A stretch of DNA of 64,000 bases, taken from NCBI RefSeq assembly GCF_009914755.1, contig NC_060932.1, one strand, 5' to 3'. Positions 1-10,350 of the stretch are shown in pieces. The stretch is from the human T2T-CHM13v2.0 reference genome, Homo sapiens. Each line of letters opens with the position of its first letter. Position 1 is the first letter of the stretch. Made by a program: the position numbers and the translations under genes. The notes under the pieces are model-generated. The model worked only from the letters and a program-made list of their open reading frames with translations. It did no database searches and was not told the origin of the DNA.

Positions 1-1775
1 ACCAGGGAGGTCAGCAAGAGTGTCCCAAACACAACAGCAGGAAGAGGGAGGTGTCAGGAATCTCGTCAGGGCCCACCTCTTTTCTGCAATACAACCGAGA
101 TCTTCCTGGAGATTCTCAGTGGAGTTTTGGCAGCACGAGTAATTTGTTTGGCAGACAGAAGACGACCGTCTGAGGGGACGAGGTGAATAACTGGAAGTCC
201 AAAGGAGGACACTGGTCTCCTTAGAGGATTATTTTGTGAAATTGCAAGACAGGCATGAGCTGCGCTGGATGGTCTGAGATAATTTGTGGAAATCACACAA
301 ACGGAGCCAGTGTTAGCAGAGGACGAGGAAATGGCTTCCTCATACAGAACCCTTTGTCCCGAGATGGGATGCTAGCCACGCTAACAGGATCCTTCCCCAG
401 AATGGTCTTGCAGTTTCCACCCTCCGGAATGGGCCTCCGATCTTGTCTATGCAAGATGGTCCAAGTTACTTCCTTAATCAGTGGAGATGTCCTTTCCACC
501 ACCACTAACACAACACCTACTAAGGACAGGCTCTCAGGTTTCATGGGAGACATGGACAGGTCCCAGGAAGGACCCAACCCAGCCTCCCCTCCAGCAGAGG
601 ACAGCCAAGGAGGCCTTTCTGGAGAAAGGAGGAGAGTTCCATGATTAAAAAGGAGGAAGGAGAGATGGTAAGCATTCCCAGCTGAGAGAGGCCATAGACC
701 CACCTCTTAAATGGCCCTCTCACATCCATATTTGAAGAGGGTTACTTGGAATCTTCTTAGGTTCCGTGGGGGTGGGGCAGAGGGTGAAGGCAGGAGAACA
801 AGGTGGAGACCTGGGCCCCCACCCACCTCTCTTCAAACAGAACTCTATGCAGATTTAAAATGTATAGCTGCAGAAAGTCTCCCCACAGATTTAAAGAAAG
901 GAAAGATTAAACTGCTGGGGAGGGCACTCAAGGCCCCCAGACTGTTAAGGAGCCTCACTTTCTACCAGCTCAGTTGCAAGAAAACCCGCTGGACTCAAAA
1001 GGTCAGAGATGGAGCCCAGGCAGGTAGGGCATAGGCAGGTCTGCAAACAATGTTAGGTGGGAAAGTCAAAGATCTGGGTCAAAGAGACCTGCTTATGGCC
1101 CCGATTGTGTAATCCATTCCCATTCTGTAGTGCTGGGGCTTACGCCCCACCCGAGGGAGCCCAGGTTTCTTTTCACATGGCCCCCACCCCGAGAACACGG
1201 CTCCAGGTTGGCACCTACTCATGGCCCTCTACCTCTGCAGCCGCCTTCCTGTGGGGCCTCAGTGTCCCCAGCCCTTCTGCCTACCTGCCTGGGCTAAGTT
1301 CTCAGCCAAGACCGCTATCTAGCCTGCCTCTATCTCCAAGTTGAAAGATAAAAAGCAAGTGGACACGCGGTACTTCCATCACACAGCCATCAAGGGAGGC
1401 AGGAACAACAGCCTAGGGTGGATCCAGGAAACAAGCTCCTTCTCAAAAGGTGGGCCCAGAGGGTGTGGGTGGCCTCCAAGCGCAATGTTGGAGGGTGGAA
1501 AGGGCTCAGGAGGCTCACCTTGGGCAGAACCCCACTCACTGGACTCTGGACAGAAGAGTCACCAGCCTGAGCCTCAATTTTCTGACCTGAGAGGTGGAAA
1601 GAATGTCTTCTACCTCAGTTAGCTGATGTGATGCATTGAACCTCCAAGGCACTATAGCAAACAAGAGCTATTTACTGAGCACTCACTAATTCCCTGGCAC
1701 TGTGGACACAGGGTGGCCTGAAGGTACAGCGGCATGTATGACTACACCTTCCTTCTTCTCTCCCCTGTCATTCCA

Positions 1776-1945
1776 GAGCAGAGGTTCTCAACTCTGTCTG
1801 CCTGCAGGATACCCCATTCCCAACCCAGCCAAAGGAGCTTTGAAACAACAGCATATCCCCTGATGGAGAGAGAATCGCAGGAGACCGGGCCTGGAAATGT
1901 GCATTTCAGACAAGATTTTCATGACACTATTATGCAACCTACATA
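1776..1945 (+). mobile_element. MER5-family (hAT-Charlie) DNA transposon fossil
   Basis: CAGAGGTTCTCAAC start; AGAATC..GGGCCTGGAAATGTGCATTT core. Confidence 0.6.
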
Positions 1946-2074
1946 AGCTTAGCAAAAAGCAATACCTAGGTCAAGCATTTGCAGGCACTTTCACAGCCTT
2001 GGGTAGGTTTAGGACAAAGGGTCCCAGACTCTGCCTGCCAAGAAGATGCCTTGAGAATGTCTTCTGCGGGTGCT

Positions 2075-2405
2075 ACTGACGGCAAACACCTACACGCTGT
2101 TTTCCACATGCTCAGTGCTGTTCTCAGGTTACACAGATTAATATTTACACATTCTGATGGCATCATGTCTGTTACTCTCATTTTACAGAAAAGCAAACTG
2201 AGGCATGGAGCTCCTGACTGCCTTTTCATTTGAGCCTGATTTCTTCAGGCGCCCCAACATGTTGTCATGGAAAAAAAACAAAGGCTCTGAAGTCCAACTG
2301 TCCGGGTTCAAAGTCTGGCTCTCCCACCTGAGCCATATGGCAACAGGCAAATCCTGAAACTCTCCTGGCCTCAGTTGCCTCATCCATTCAATGGAGCAAT
2401 ACGAT
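2075..2405. mobile_element. Two MIR fragments in opposite orientation
   Basis: CATTTTACAGAAAAGCAAACTGAGGC and GGCCTCAGTTGCCTCATC MIR cores. Confidence 0.6.
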
Positions 2406-2503
2406 CCAGGCAACGTTCTTGCGAGGATGAAGGCAGATGGAGGGAGACAGTGGCTGCTCTGGAGGGAGAGAGATGTCGTGTCCCTCCCTGGCCTTCCTTC
2501 CAG

Positions 2504-2595
2504 GCTGAGTCAAACCTGAACCCTGCTTGAGTCTCAGATGCTGAGTCATCACGCTTTCTCTCCCAGGACAAGGCCTCTGAGTCACATCTGGAATG
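2504..2595. promoter_or_regulatory. Candidate intronic enhancer: 3x AP-1 (two ARE/MARE-extended) plus TEAD
   Basis: TGAGTCA at 2506, 2542 and 2578; TGCTGAGTCAT at 2539-2549; TGGAATG at 2589-2595. Confidence 0.6.
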
Positions 2596-4333
2596 GGATT
2601 CTCTGGGGTTGGGTCCCAAGGAAGAACTGCAGCTTTGGGCCACCCGAAAAACACAATGCTATCTTTCTTTCAGGTCCATGAGGAGGCAAGTTCAGGCCAG
2701 CGGATTTCAACGTAACCCAGGGGGGCCCTCAGCTCAGTTGAGATCTGTCTTCTGTCATGGGGGGGGGGCAGCCCCATTCAGTCAAAGGCCAACTCAGGGG
2801 GCTGCAGCCTCTAAGCCCCTGCCCTTCAGGCTGGCTTTGCTAATCTCTCAAGAACACCTGATTTACACTTAAAAAAAATCATTCCGCTCTGCCCCTTTGG
2901 CCTCAAAAGTTTCCTCACCAGAAATTCAATGAAGATGCAATTTCCTTTCGCCCCTCCATAGCAGGCAGGCAAAATCCTGCCAGGAACCCTTTCCACTGCC
3001 TTCAGTCCCACCCAGGAGCCTCTCACAAAGCTGAGCTCCAGCTCAGTTCGGCCTGGGCACATCCCTCCCCATCCCTGTGCCTCATTTTCCATCTGTAAAA
3101 TGGAAAGAAGTTGGACTAGGTAGGTCCTGTGTGAGTTTTTTATTCCATTCCAAATGATCAAACTTTGTTGCTCCAAAAGAACTTCCTCACAAGAGACCCA
3201 AACAGACACTCCAGGATCCCTCAAAAGCAAAAGCCAACACCTCCACCCATGCACAGTCTATTACCTCGCCCGAAACTCAACCTGCTGGTTCACAGGAGAA
3301 TGGGGCAGAAGACCCAGAGCCATCCACTTCATCCCATGTGCATATTTCAACTCCTCCCACCTGCCAGGCGCTGGGCCAGGGGCCAGGTTACAGGGCAGGG
3401 CAGGCAAATCCTCCTCCTTGCCCAGATGCAGTGGGAGACACGGTCCCACAAAGCTAAGAAGTCACAGGTCAGGGGAACACCCAGTTTTCCATCCACACCA
3501 AAACCCTCTCTCTCCCTTACACCTTCCTTCATCCCCGACACTGTGCCACCCCAGCCTGGGGCTGGCTCTGCCGCCACACACACCACACAGAACCGGTCTG
3601 CGTCTCCAGCCGTGTGTCTTCCCCACCAGAAGGCAGCCCTTCCAAGAAAGGCGCTGGGGTTTGCCCCCTCTGTACCTTGCTTATTTCAATCACATTTGTG
3701 AAACTCAATAAGAACGCCAGAATTTCTCAACAGGAAGAGTCTAGACTGAAAAATTCGCCTTGAAACTACATTTCTGCAGCAAGAACAGGGGGTTTGTATT
3801 TAGATATGTTCTTTTGAGGCAGCTTAGGAGAAGGTCCCGTGCAGCTGATGGGTATTATAAGGATGTCTACCGCCCTCCTGCCTGGCCACTGGCTGACTTC
3901 TGAATATTAGATATTTCCCAGTAGCTTAAAGAAACCAAACAAACTGAAGTGCCCCCAGCGTCCGTGAGGAAGGGGTGTTCTTGGATGGGCATAAGATAAC
4001 CAAGGGCCCTGCCTCCCCCACCCACTGCCAGGCATCTCCCACTTCCAAGCCACAGAGGCGTGCTGTTCAGGACCCCCAGGGACAGCAGGGACAACAGGCG
4101 GGGGATATGGGGGAGGGGTGGGTAAGGAACCGACCCACTAAATCCCAGCTCCAGCTACTAATTTGACAGAGGCGTGACAGCGTGTTTCCCCCAGAACCAG
4201 CCGCATTCCCCAAGCCCAGCCCGAAATCTCCTCCCGAGGCTGAATCAGAGACCGCGGCGGATCCCCCAGGAACGTCGAAGTAATTCCAGCTGTTTTCCCC
4301 CGTGGAGGGCAGGAGCGGCCAGCACCAGAGGCA

Positions 4334-4363
4334 GGGGAGGGGAGGAAAGCGGGGGAGGGTGGG
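4334..4363 (+). other. G-quadruplex-forming motif
   Basis: GGGG A GGGG AGGAAAGC GGGGG A GGG T GGG: five G-runs. Confidence 0.55.
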
Positions 4364-4780
4364 CGGAGGCGAAAATGACGCCACTCCTAGCTCCAGCCAG
4401 CTCAAGGGGCCGCCAAATGTCCGCGAGACCCCTCTCGCCCAGGTCACTTCTCCCACGCCGCCGATGCGCCAATCCCGGGTTCCTCCGGGGGCGCACCCTG
4501 CCCAGTGGCGCTCGCAGACACTTGCTCCGGCTCGCGTGTTGCACTGTGACACACCCTGGACCCTCCCCCCACACACACGCTTACACTCACACATGCACAC
4601 CGCCCTGTGTGTGCTACGGGACTGAAGCGCCACCAGCCTCTCGGATCCACACCCGTTCCCGACCCAGTCTGCAAGCCAGACACACCCACGCCCCCCTCTC
4701 CAGCCTCCTTGCCAGCGCCACTCACCTCTACCAACCCCTCATCTACACACTCGCGCGCAATCTCTCCGTTCCCAGACACA

Positions 4781-4781
<1 letters not shown>

Positions 4782-4819
<38 letters not shown>
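4782..4819. repeat. (AC)19 microsatellite, (UG)n in NDRG1 pre-mRNA
   Basis: Direct reading. Confidence 0.95.
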
Positions 4820-4823
<4 letters not shown>

Positions 4824-5343
4824 CTAGTCCCTTCTGCACCCACGTCCAGCGCGCACCCCTGCCAGCGGCGCCAGCTGGGATTCGGAGACGACGCCAGGAA
4901 ACGCTATCCTGGTATTTTTTCGGACCGTCTCATCGCCCCCTTCCCGACCTCCAGAACCCCAATCCCCAGCTAGGGGGGAGATGAATGGGACCCTGTCTTT
5001 TTTTCCTCCCTTTCCGTAATTGAACCCCCCACTTCAGCGGTGTCTGCACCCAAAGCCCCCTCGCGCCCGCGCCCCGGGGTGACCGCGCACTTGCAGCTCC
5101 GGGGCGCTTACTCCTGGAGTACGCGGGGCTACAAAGGGCGGTCCTGGCGCTCCAGCGGCACCGCACGGGCGGCCCCTTTCTGCTCCGCGTCGCGCCTGGG
5201 AGAAGAGGGCGCGGGCTTACCTAACGCGAGGGAGAAAGGAAAGGACGGTGCCGAGGCTGGCGGCCCAGCGCCCCGCGGAAGCCGAGGGCGGATGGTGAAC
5301 TGACGAGCTTCAGCACCAGCTAGGAGCCAGGCGAGGTTTGTTT
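4824..5343 (-). other. NDRG1: Extended (long 5' UTR) form of NDRG1 exon 1 using a downstream donor
   Basis: Perfect donor TAG|GTGAGT at 4824/4823; a second perfect donor GAG|GTGAGT at 4726/4725. Confidence 0.6.
5221..5343 (-). other. NDRG1: NDRG1 exon 1 (non-coding 5' UTR)
   Basis: Reverse complement AAACAAACCTCGCCTGGCTCC..GCTGAAGCTCGTCAGTTCACCATCCGCCCTCGGC..CCTTTCTCCCTCGCGTTAG matches the NDRG1 mRNA 5' end as I recall it. It ends at a strong donor TAG|GTAAGC (5221/5220). TATA box lies ~25 bp upstream. The TSS position is approximate. Confidence 0.93.
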
Positions 5344-5363
5344 ACGTCCGGGCGGAGGGCGAC

Positions 5364-5369
5364 TTTATA
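5364..5369 (-). promoter_or_regulatory. TATA box (CTATAAAG on minus strand)
   Basis: TATAAA about 21-30 nt upstream of the exon 1 start. Confidence 0.85.
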
Positions 5370-5379
5370 GGCGCCGCGG

Positions 5380-5391
5380 CCCCGCCCCCGC
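5380..5391 (-). promoter_or_regulatory. Overlapping Sp1 GC-box / EGR1 site
   Basis: CCCCGCCCC (5380-5388) overlaps perfect EGR1 CGCCCCCGC (5383-5391); an Egr-1/Sp1 element is known in the NDRG1 proximal promoter. Confidence 0.8.
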
Positions 5392-5534
5392 GCCTCGCCC
5401 CTCCCAGACCCTCGCAGTCCCAGCACGCAGCCGGGACACACCCCTTCCCCGCTCCCTGCTCCCTCCTCCCGGGCGCGCCGGGCTGGGCTGGGCTCCGGCA
5501 GCGCGCGGCGGGCGCCCACTGGAGCCGCCGCCTG

Positions 5535-5542
5535 TTGCGCAA
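5535..5542. promoter_or_regulatory. Palindromic C/EBP site TTGCGCAA
   Basis: Perfect consensus palindrome ~190 bp upstream of TSS; motif only. Confidence 0.55.
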
Positions 5543-6215
5543 GCAGTCGTAGGGGCGCGGCCGGGAGGGGCATCGGGGCCCGGGTTGTGGGTCGGCTCTG
5601 CAGTCCCCTCCGAGTCCAGGGCCTCGGCCTGTGCAGCGGGCGCGTGTGCCCTGCCCGGAGGAGGCGTTTGTGTGCTTGTGCGTGTTCATGTGCGCGCTCG
5701 TGCGTGTGCATGTGGACTTCCTTGTGTCTCCGTATGGGCGGAGGCCCCCCATCTCTGCCTCAGAGTTTCTTCTAAGAGTCTCGTTGCGCCACGCCCTGAG
5801 CGACTCCCTTCACTTCCTGTAGGTCTCACCAGCTCGGCTCTCCAGCCGGATTCGGCTGCCTGCCCAGCAGCCGCCTTCGCTTTCGCCCGACAGGCTCCCT
5901 CCGATTCTCAGCCTTCCGTGTCGCCAAAGCTCTCGCTGAAATCCTCGCTCCCGTTTAATCTCGTCCATCTTGCCCACCGCCGCCCAGCGCTTACCCTTCC
6001 CCTCATCTTCCCAGTTCTAAGCACACTCACTGGACCTTGCCCACTGGGCTCTTCTCTCCTGCCCCACAAGCCCAGATGAGAGGATTCTCACCCCTTCCTA
6101 TTCTGATTTCCTGAACTTTCATGACTCACCCTTTCCAACCTTAGCACCGTCCTGCTCTGCTGCTCTGTTTGTGCGTAACTATTGGCCTGCATGTTCCCAT
6201 CTGGCCAAAGAAACC

Positions 6216-6421
6216 AGCAATTCTCAACCCCTACTGCATATGAGAAGTCCCAGAGGAGCCGCCAAATTAAAAAATAAATAAATAGATAGATAATAAAAAG
6301 AGAGAGATGGACTCCAGAACAGTTTAATCAGAATCTCAGGGGGTGCAAACCAACTGGGCATTGGGGTTTTTACAAAGCTACCCAGGTGGCTCCTGACGTG
6401 CAGCCAGGTTGAGAAGCACTG
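6216..6421 (+). mobile_element. MER5-family (MER5B-like) DNA transposon containing an HRE core
   Basis: Terminal inverted repeats CAGCAATTCTCAAC...GTTGAGAAGCACTG; AATCAGAATCT core; TGACGTGC at 6394-6401. Confidence 0.75.
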
Positions 6422-6954
6422 CATGGAGGAACATGATTTTATGAATAAAGGAAGTCTGACTCACAGCTGGCACCGTCATTGTCCTCAGGCCACCTGCCCA
6501 GCGTTGAATTTGCCACTGAGCCCAGGACCAGACCCAGGGCAAGCTCAGGTGACCCTCCCTGCGCCTCCACAGACACACACGCGCGCACGCACAACACTTC
6601 CTGCTGAATTGTAAACCTCTTTTCTGTGCCAACCCATGCTGTCCCCAAGGCAGGGGCCATGGCTTTCCCCTCTGATTATTAGGGCCAGTTTTGGAGAAGG
6701 GTTTTCTGGAACAAAAGAAATATGGAGAGGGGCAAACAGCACCTCTAGGACCCAGGACATCTGTGTTTCAGGCCTGTCTTTGACACTATCGATCACAAAT
6801 CAACAAATCTGGGCTTCAGAATTCTCACTGGCAAAGGGAGAGGATTAGATTCAATGATCTTTCAGAACCTATCTAGTGCTAAAGCTCTGTTATTCTATTA
6901 CAAATGACCAGTGTGAAGAACAGAGTTCCAGTGTCATGGGTTTTGCTGCTAGAA

Positions 6955-7021
6955 GAGTTTGGCTAAACTACAAAGTTTGGCTATTAGCTATGAAGTTTGG
7001 CTAAACTACAAAGTTTGGCTA
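6955..7021. repeat. ~18-bp tandem repeat (AAGTTTGGCTAAACTACA), ~4 copies
   Basis: Direct reading. Confidence 0.85.
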
Positions 7022-7201
7022 CATTCAAGAATGCCTTGAATGTAGGAGCACATTCCCCCACCCTAGAAAATTTAACATCTAGAATTAATAAGTGAATGAA
7101 TGACCACTGGGCAGTCTTCCATTCTTTATGGATTTGAACTAGTTCAACTGCAGCATTCCCAGTGAGGGAAAATTTTTCTTATTTCAAATAAAATGTTGTG
7201 T

Positions 7202-7528
7202 CCAGGTAGAGTGGCTTACACCTGTAATCCCAGCACTTTGGGAGGCCAATGCAGAAGCCTCTCTTGAGTCCAGGAGTTTGAGACCAGCCTTCACAACATA
7301 GTGATGTCCCATCTCTACAAAAAAGATGAAAGCTAGCCAGGCCTGGTGGCAAGTACCTGTAGTCCCAGCTACTTCAGAGGCAGAGGTGGGAGGATTGCTT
7401 GAGCCCAGGAGTTCCAGAAAAGTCTGAGCAACATAATGAGACATCATCTCTACAAGAAAATAAAAAATCAGGTGGGCTTAGTGGCATGCAGCTGTAGTTC
7501 CAGCTACTTGGGAGGCTAAGGCAGGAGC
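7202..7528 (+). mobile_element. AluJ-like element with three arms (rearranged)
   Basis: Two left-arm-type ends (ATCTCTACAAAAA) and two right-arm starts. Confidence 0.75.
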
Positions 7529-9267
7529 CTTGCCTCCCTAGGCCCTGAAACTTATTTATTCTGTCATTCCACAAATGACAGAATTGAGCTGCTCTTATGA
7601 GCTGGGTCCTGTACTCCGCCACTGGGAAAGGACTGAAAAGGCAAAAACATTTTCTACAGGTGCATAGCATGGTACAGCCCCAAGACGCAGTTTCTCCATC
7701 CATACAGCGTGGTTGAGATGAACTCATTCATTCCCTAACTATATTAAGGACCTACTATGCCCAGGCACCATTCTAGACCCTGGGGACATGATCATGAACA
7801 ACAGCAACAACAAAAGTGCATCTCTGGGAGCCATCCTGCTGTCTAAAGACCCTCCCAGATCAAGCAGCCTGTGTGCCTGTTATCCTTTAGCCAGCTTACA
7901 CATACCCATTTTCCCATAGGCTCCCCATTGCGGCGATTTATTGAGTGAGCACCTTTGGTTTTTTACCTGCTAAAGATACAAGAGTGTCAAGTTCAAAAGT
8001 GCGGAGTGTCAAGATAAGGAATGTCAAGTTCAAAGGCGCAGGGAAGGCGGCCCACTTCTTCAGTAACAAATGGAACTAGTGCATGGAATTAGAAGGGCAT
8101 TTTGCCAGGGGAGGCCCTTGCCTGTCTCTTTGAGGAGGTCCTCAGGACAGAATGCGAAGAGCAGCCCAGATTTGCAGCTTGAAACCCCGAGGAGGTTGCC
8201 TGGCAGGAGGCTGGGCTTGTGTGGGAAGCCTAACCTTCTGGAAGACCATTAGCATTGAATAGGTCAGAAGACAGAGGAAGGAGAGTGGAGTGAAGAGAAA
8301 AGAGCAGAGAAGGGAGGCAAGAATTTGAGCAATGGAACACAATTTTCCAAGTGATGGCATTCTAAAATCAGAGTCCACATCACCTTGGAGAAGGCCTGAG
8401 GAAGACACCATTTGGATTCCACACTCCCCTCCCTCAGCCCAACACAGCCAATTTTCCTTCCCTGTTGAAAAGGATGTTTTCTTCCGCTGAGCACCAGATG
8501 AAGTAGTTTTCTTAGCTAAGTGTCACGCTGCAGGAGAAAGACTGTCTTTAGTACAGGCCTGGATGCACATAAAGCATAGAGGACGCCCACCCTATACAGA
8601 GGCCCCTCACTGGGACCTGGGAGCTGCATGCACCTCCACATCCCCCACCGCAGCCAGCTGAGGTGGCAGAAGCTCACGGAGCTGAATGTGGGTGCAATTG
8701 CACTGACTGTTTACATTATTCCTCTTTCTCGCTGGTCAGCAGTAGAATCAGATTTGCTTAGTAAATGCACACGCGCTGCAAATCCGTCACAGGATGAGAT
8801 TGGATTTTCTGGACTAATGTCCACTGGAAATTTCTACTTAACAACAACTTAGATTTTATACTAGAATATTCTAACCAAATGTTCCAAAAATGACCATAGG
8901 AATCACCTGTTCCCAACTGTCTTTCTTAAAACTCATGGGTACTCGGGGTTGGGAGAGACCAAGATGCAGCAGGGATTCATGGAGAAGAACCCGGTGGTCT
9001 GTGGCCCCCAGCTCCAACTTCACCACTTATGAGCTGTAGTACCTGGGGCAAATTACTCCACCTCTCTGTGCATGGAGGAAACGAGTGAGAGAAACCATCA
9101 GACCTTTCAATCACAATTTATGGGTCTACTGCTGCAGACCATCATCTTTTCTGTCTGTCAAAATGAAAAAGTGTCCGTAAAAGTGTCTTCCCACCTCCAG
9201 TCCTGGGCTCCCTCGGGACCCCCTCTCTCCTCCAGCATCCATCTCTCCCTTTCTTCTGGATCAAACT

Positions 9268-9446
9268 AATCAACAAGTAAATATTCACTGCAATCAATGA
9301 CCCACCCTAAACCAATCCCCTCTTAATTCCAAGCCCCCCACTCCTGTACTGCAGCCCAATCAACAAGTAAACATTCACTGCAATCAATGACCCACCCTAA
9401 CCAATCCCCTCTGATTCCCAAGTCCCCCATTCCTGTACTGCAGCCC
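9268..9446. repeat. Tandem duplication of ~90 bp
   Basis: 9268-9357 vs 9358-9446, highly similar. Confidence 0.92.
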
Positions 9447-9871
9447 AGTTCCTCTCACCCCTTCCTCCCTAAACTTTCCAAAACAAGCATCTGTACCCAA
9501 AGGCCCACCTCATCTCCTCTTCCTTTTACTTTGTAGTGATTATCAAGTTTTTCTTGAACCTGGTCAAATAAGTCTTCAAAACTTGTTAGGAAAAACAACA
9601 GCCTTTGTCTCCCCACTTTTCCACTTCCCTATCCCCAGAAGTCACCACTCTCTGCTCTTGGAGAATTATTTCTATCTTATCTTTGCCACTTGCAGACTCT
9701 ATGCTCTTGGGCAAGTTATTTCATTTCCTTCCTCTGCCTCCTCATGTATAAGATACACATAACAATACAGGGTCATTGTGATAAATATATGTGTTAATAT
9801 ATGTAAAGTGCCTAGAACAGTCCCTGGCATATAGAAGGCTCTCATTAAAGTGTTCACCCTCATCCTCACTG

Positions 9872-9881
9872 TCATCATCAC

Positions 9882-9915
<34 letters not shown>
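9872..9915. repeat. (ATC)n trinucleotide microsatellite next to a MIR (~9690-9845)
   Basis: Direct reading. Confidence 0.92.
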
Positions 9916-10350
9916 TTGTCTCATCCCTCCTGGCATCTTGCACACCTGACCGTAGAGAAGTTCAGTAAATATTGGTTGAAGAACTGAGCAAATGCAGATG
10001 TTTCTCTTTGAATTCATCCCATCTTATTCGGTCTTACTGCTTGGACTCTGTTAGGAGGGAAAAGGGGATCCTACCTGCTTCATGATCCCAGGTGGAGGGA
10101 CTGCCATCTGGGATTTTTACTTAAGTAAAAGTAAATTATCCCAGTTATCTGCAAGCATGCCTGGCCTGTAATATCATGTTGTGAGCAATGAAAATTAAAA
10201 AAAAAAAAAACCGTGAAAGGAAAACAATTCCAAATGAGGGTGAAGGGTAGGCTATGTTCAGGATGTGTAATAAATCCTTTACTTTGAACATAAATGAAGA
10301 GTTGTGCAATGTTTGGCCCTTAGAAAATCAGTTTCTCCTCACTCCTGGCT

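Larger units (their letters stand above)
1..5220 (-). other. NDRG1: NDRG1 intron 1 (5' part); exon 2 with the ATG lies beyond the window start
   Basis: Begins at GTAAGC donor at 5220; no NDRG1 coding sequence (MSREMQDVDL...) seen in the window. Confidence 0.88.
4150..6000. promoter_or_regulatory. NDRG1: CpG island / NDRG1 promoter
   Basis: Very high GC and CpG density against CpG-depleted flanks; boundaries approximate. Confidence 0.92.

Noticed and set aside
4495-4640. CTCF-like GTGGCGCT motifs in the CpG island
   Set aside because: Only partial matches in GC-rich DNA; not supportable without PWM scoring or ChIP
5322-5322. Exon 1 reads CTCCTAGCTGG whereas I recall CTCCCAGCTGG in the reference mRNA
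   Set aside because: Rests on memory only; needs alignment to RefSeq/dbSNP before calling a variant
3154-6079. Long overlapping ORFs (up to 217 aa) in and near the CpG island
   Set aside because: Stop-poor GC-rich DNA and CA-repeat translations; no recognisable protein; overlapping in many frames
9699-10017. Poly-Met and poly-Asp ORFs
   Set aside because: Translations of the (ATC)n microsatellite
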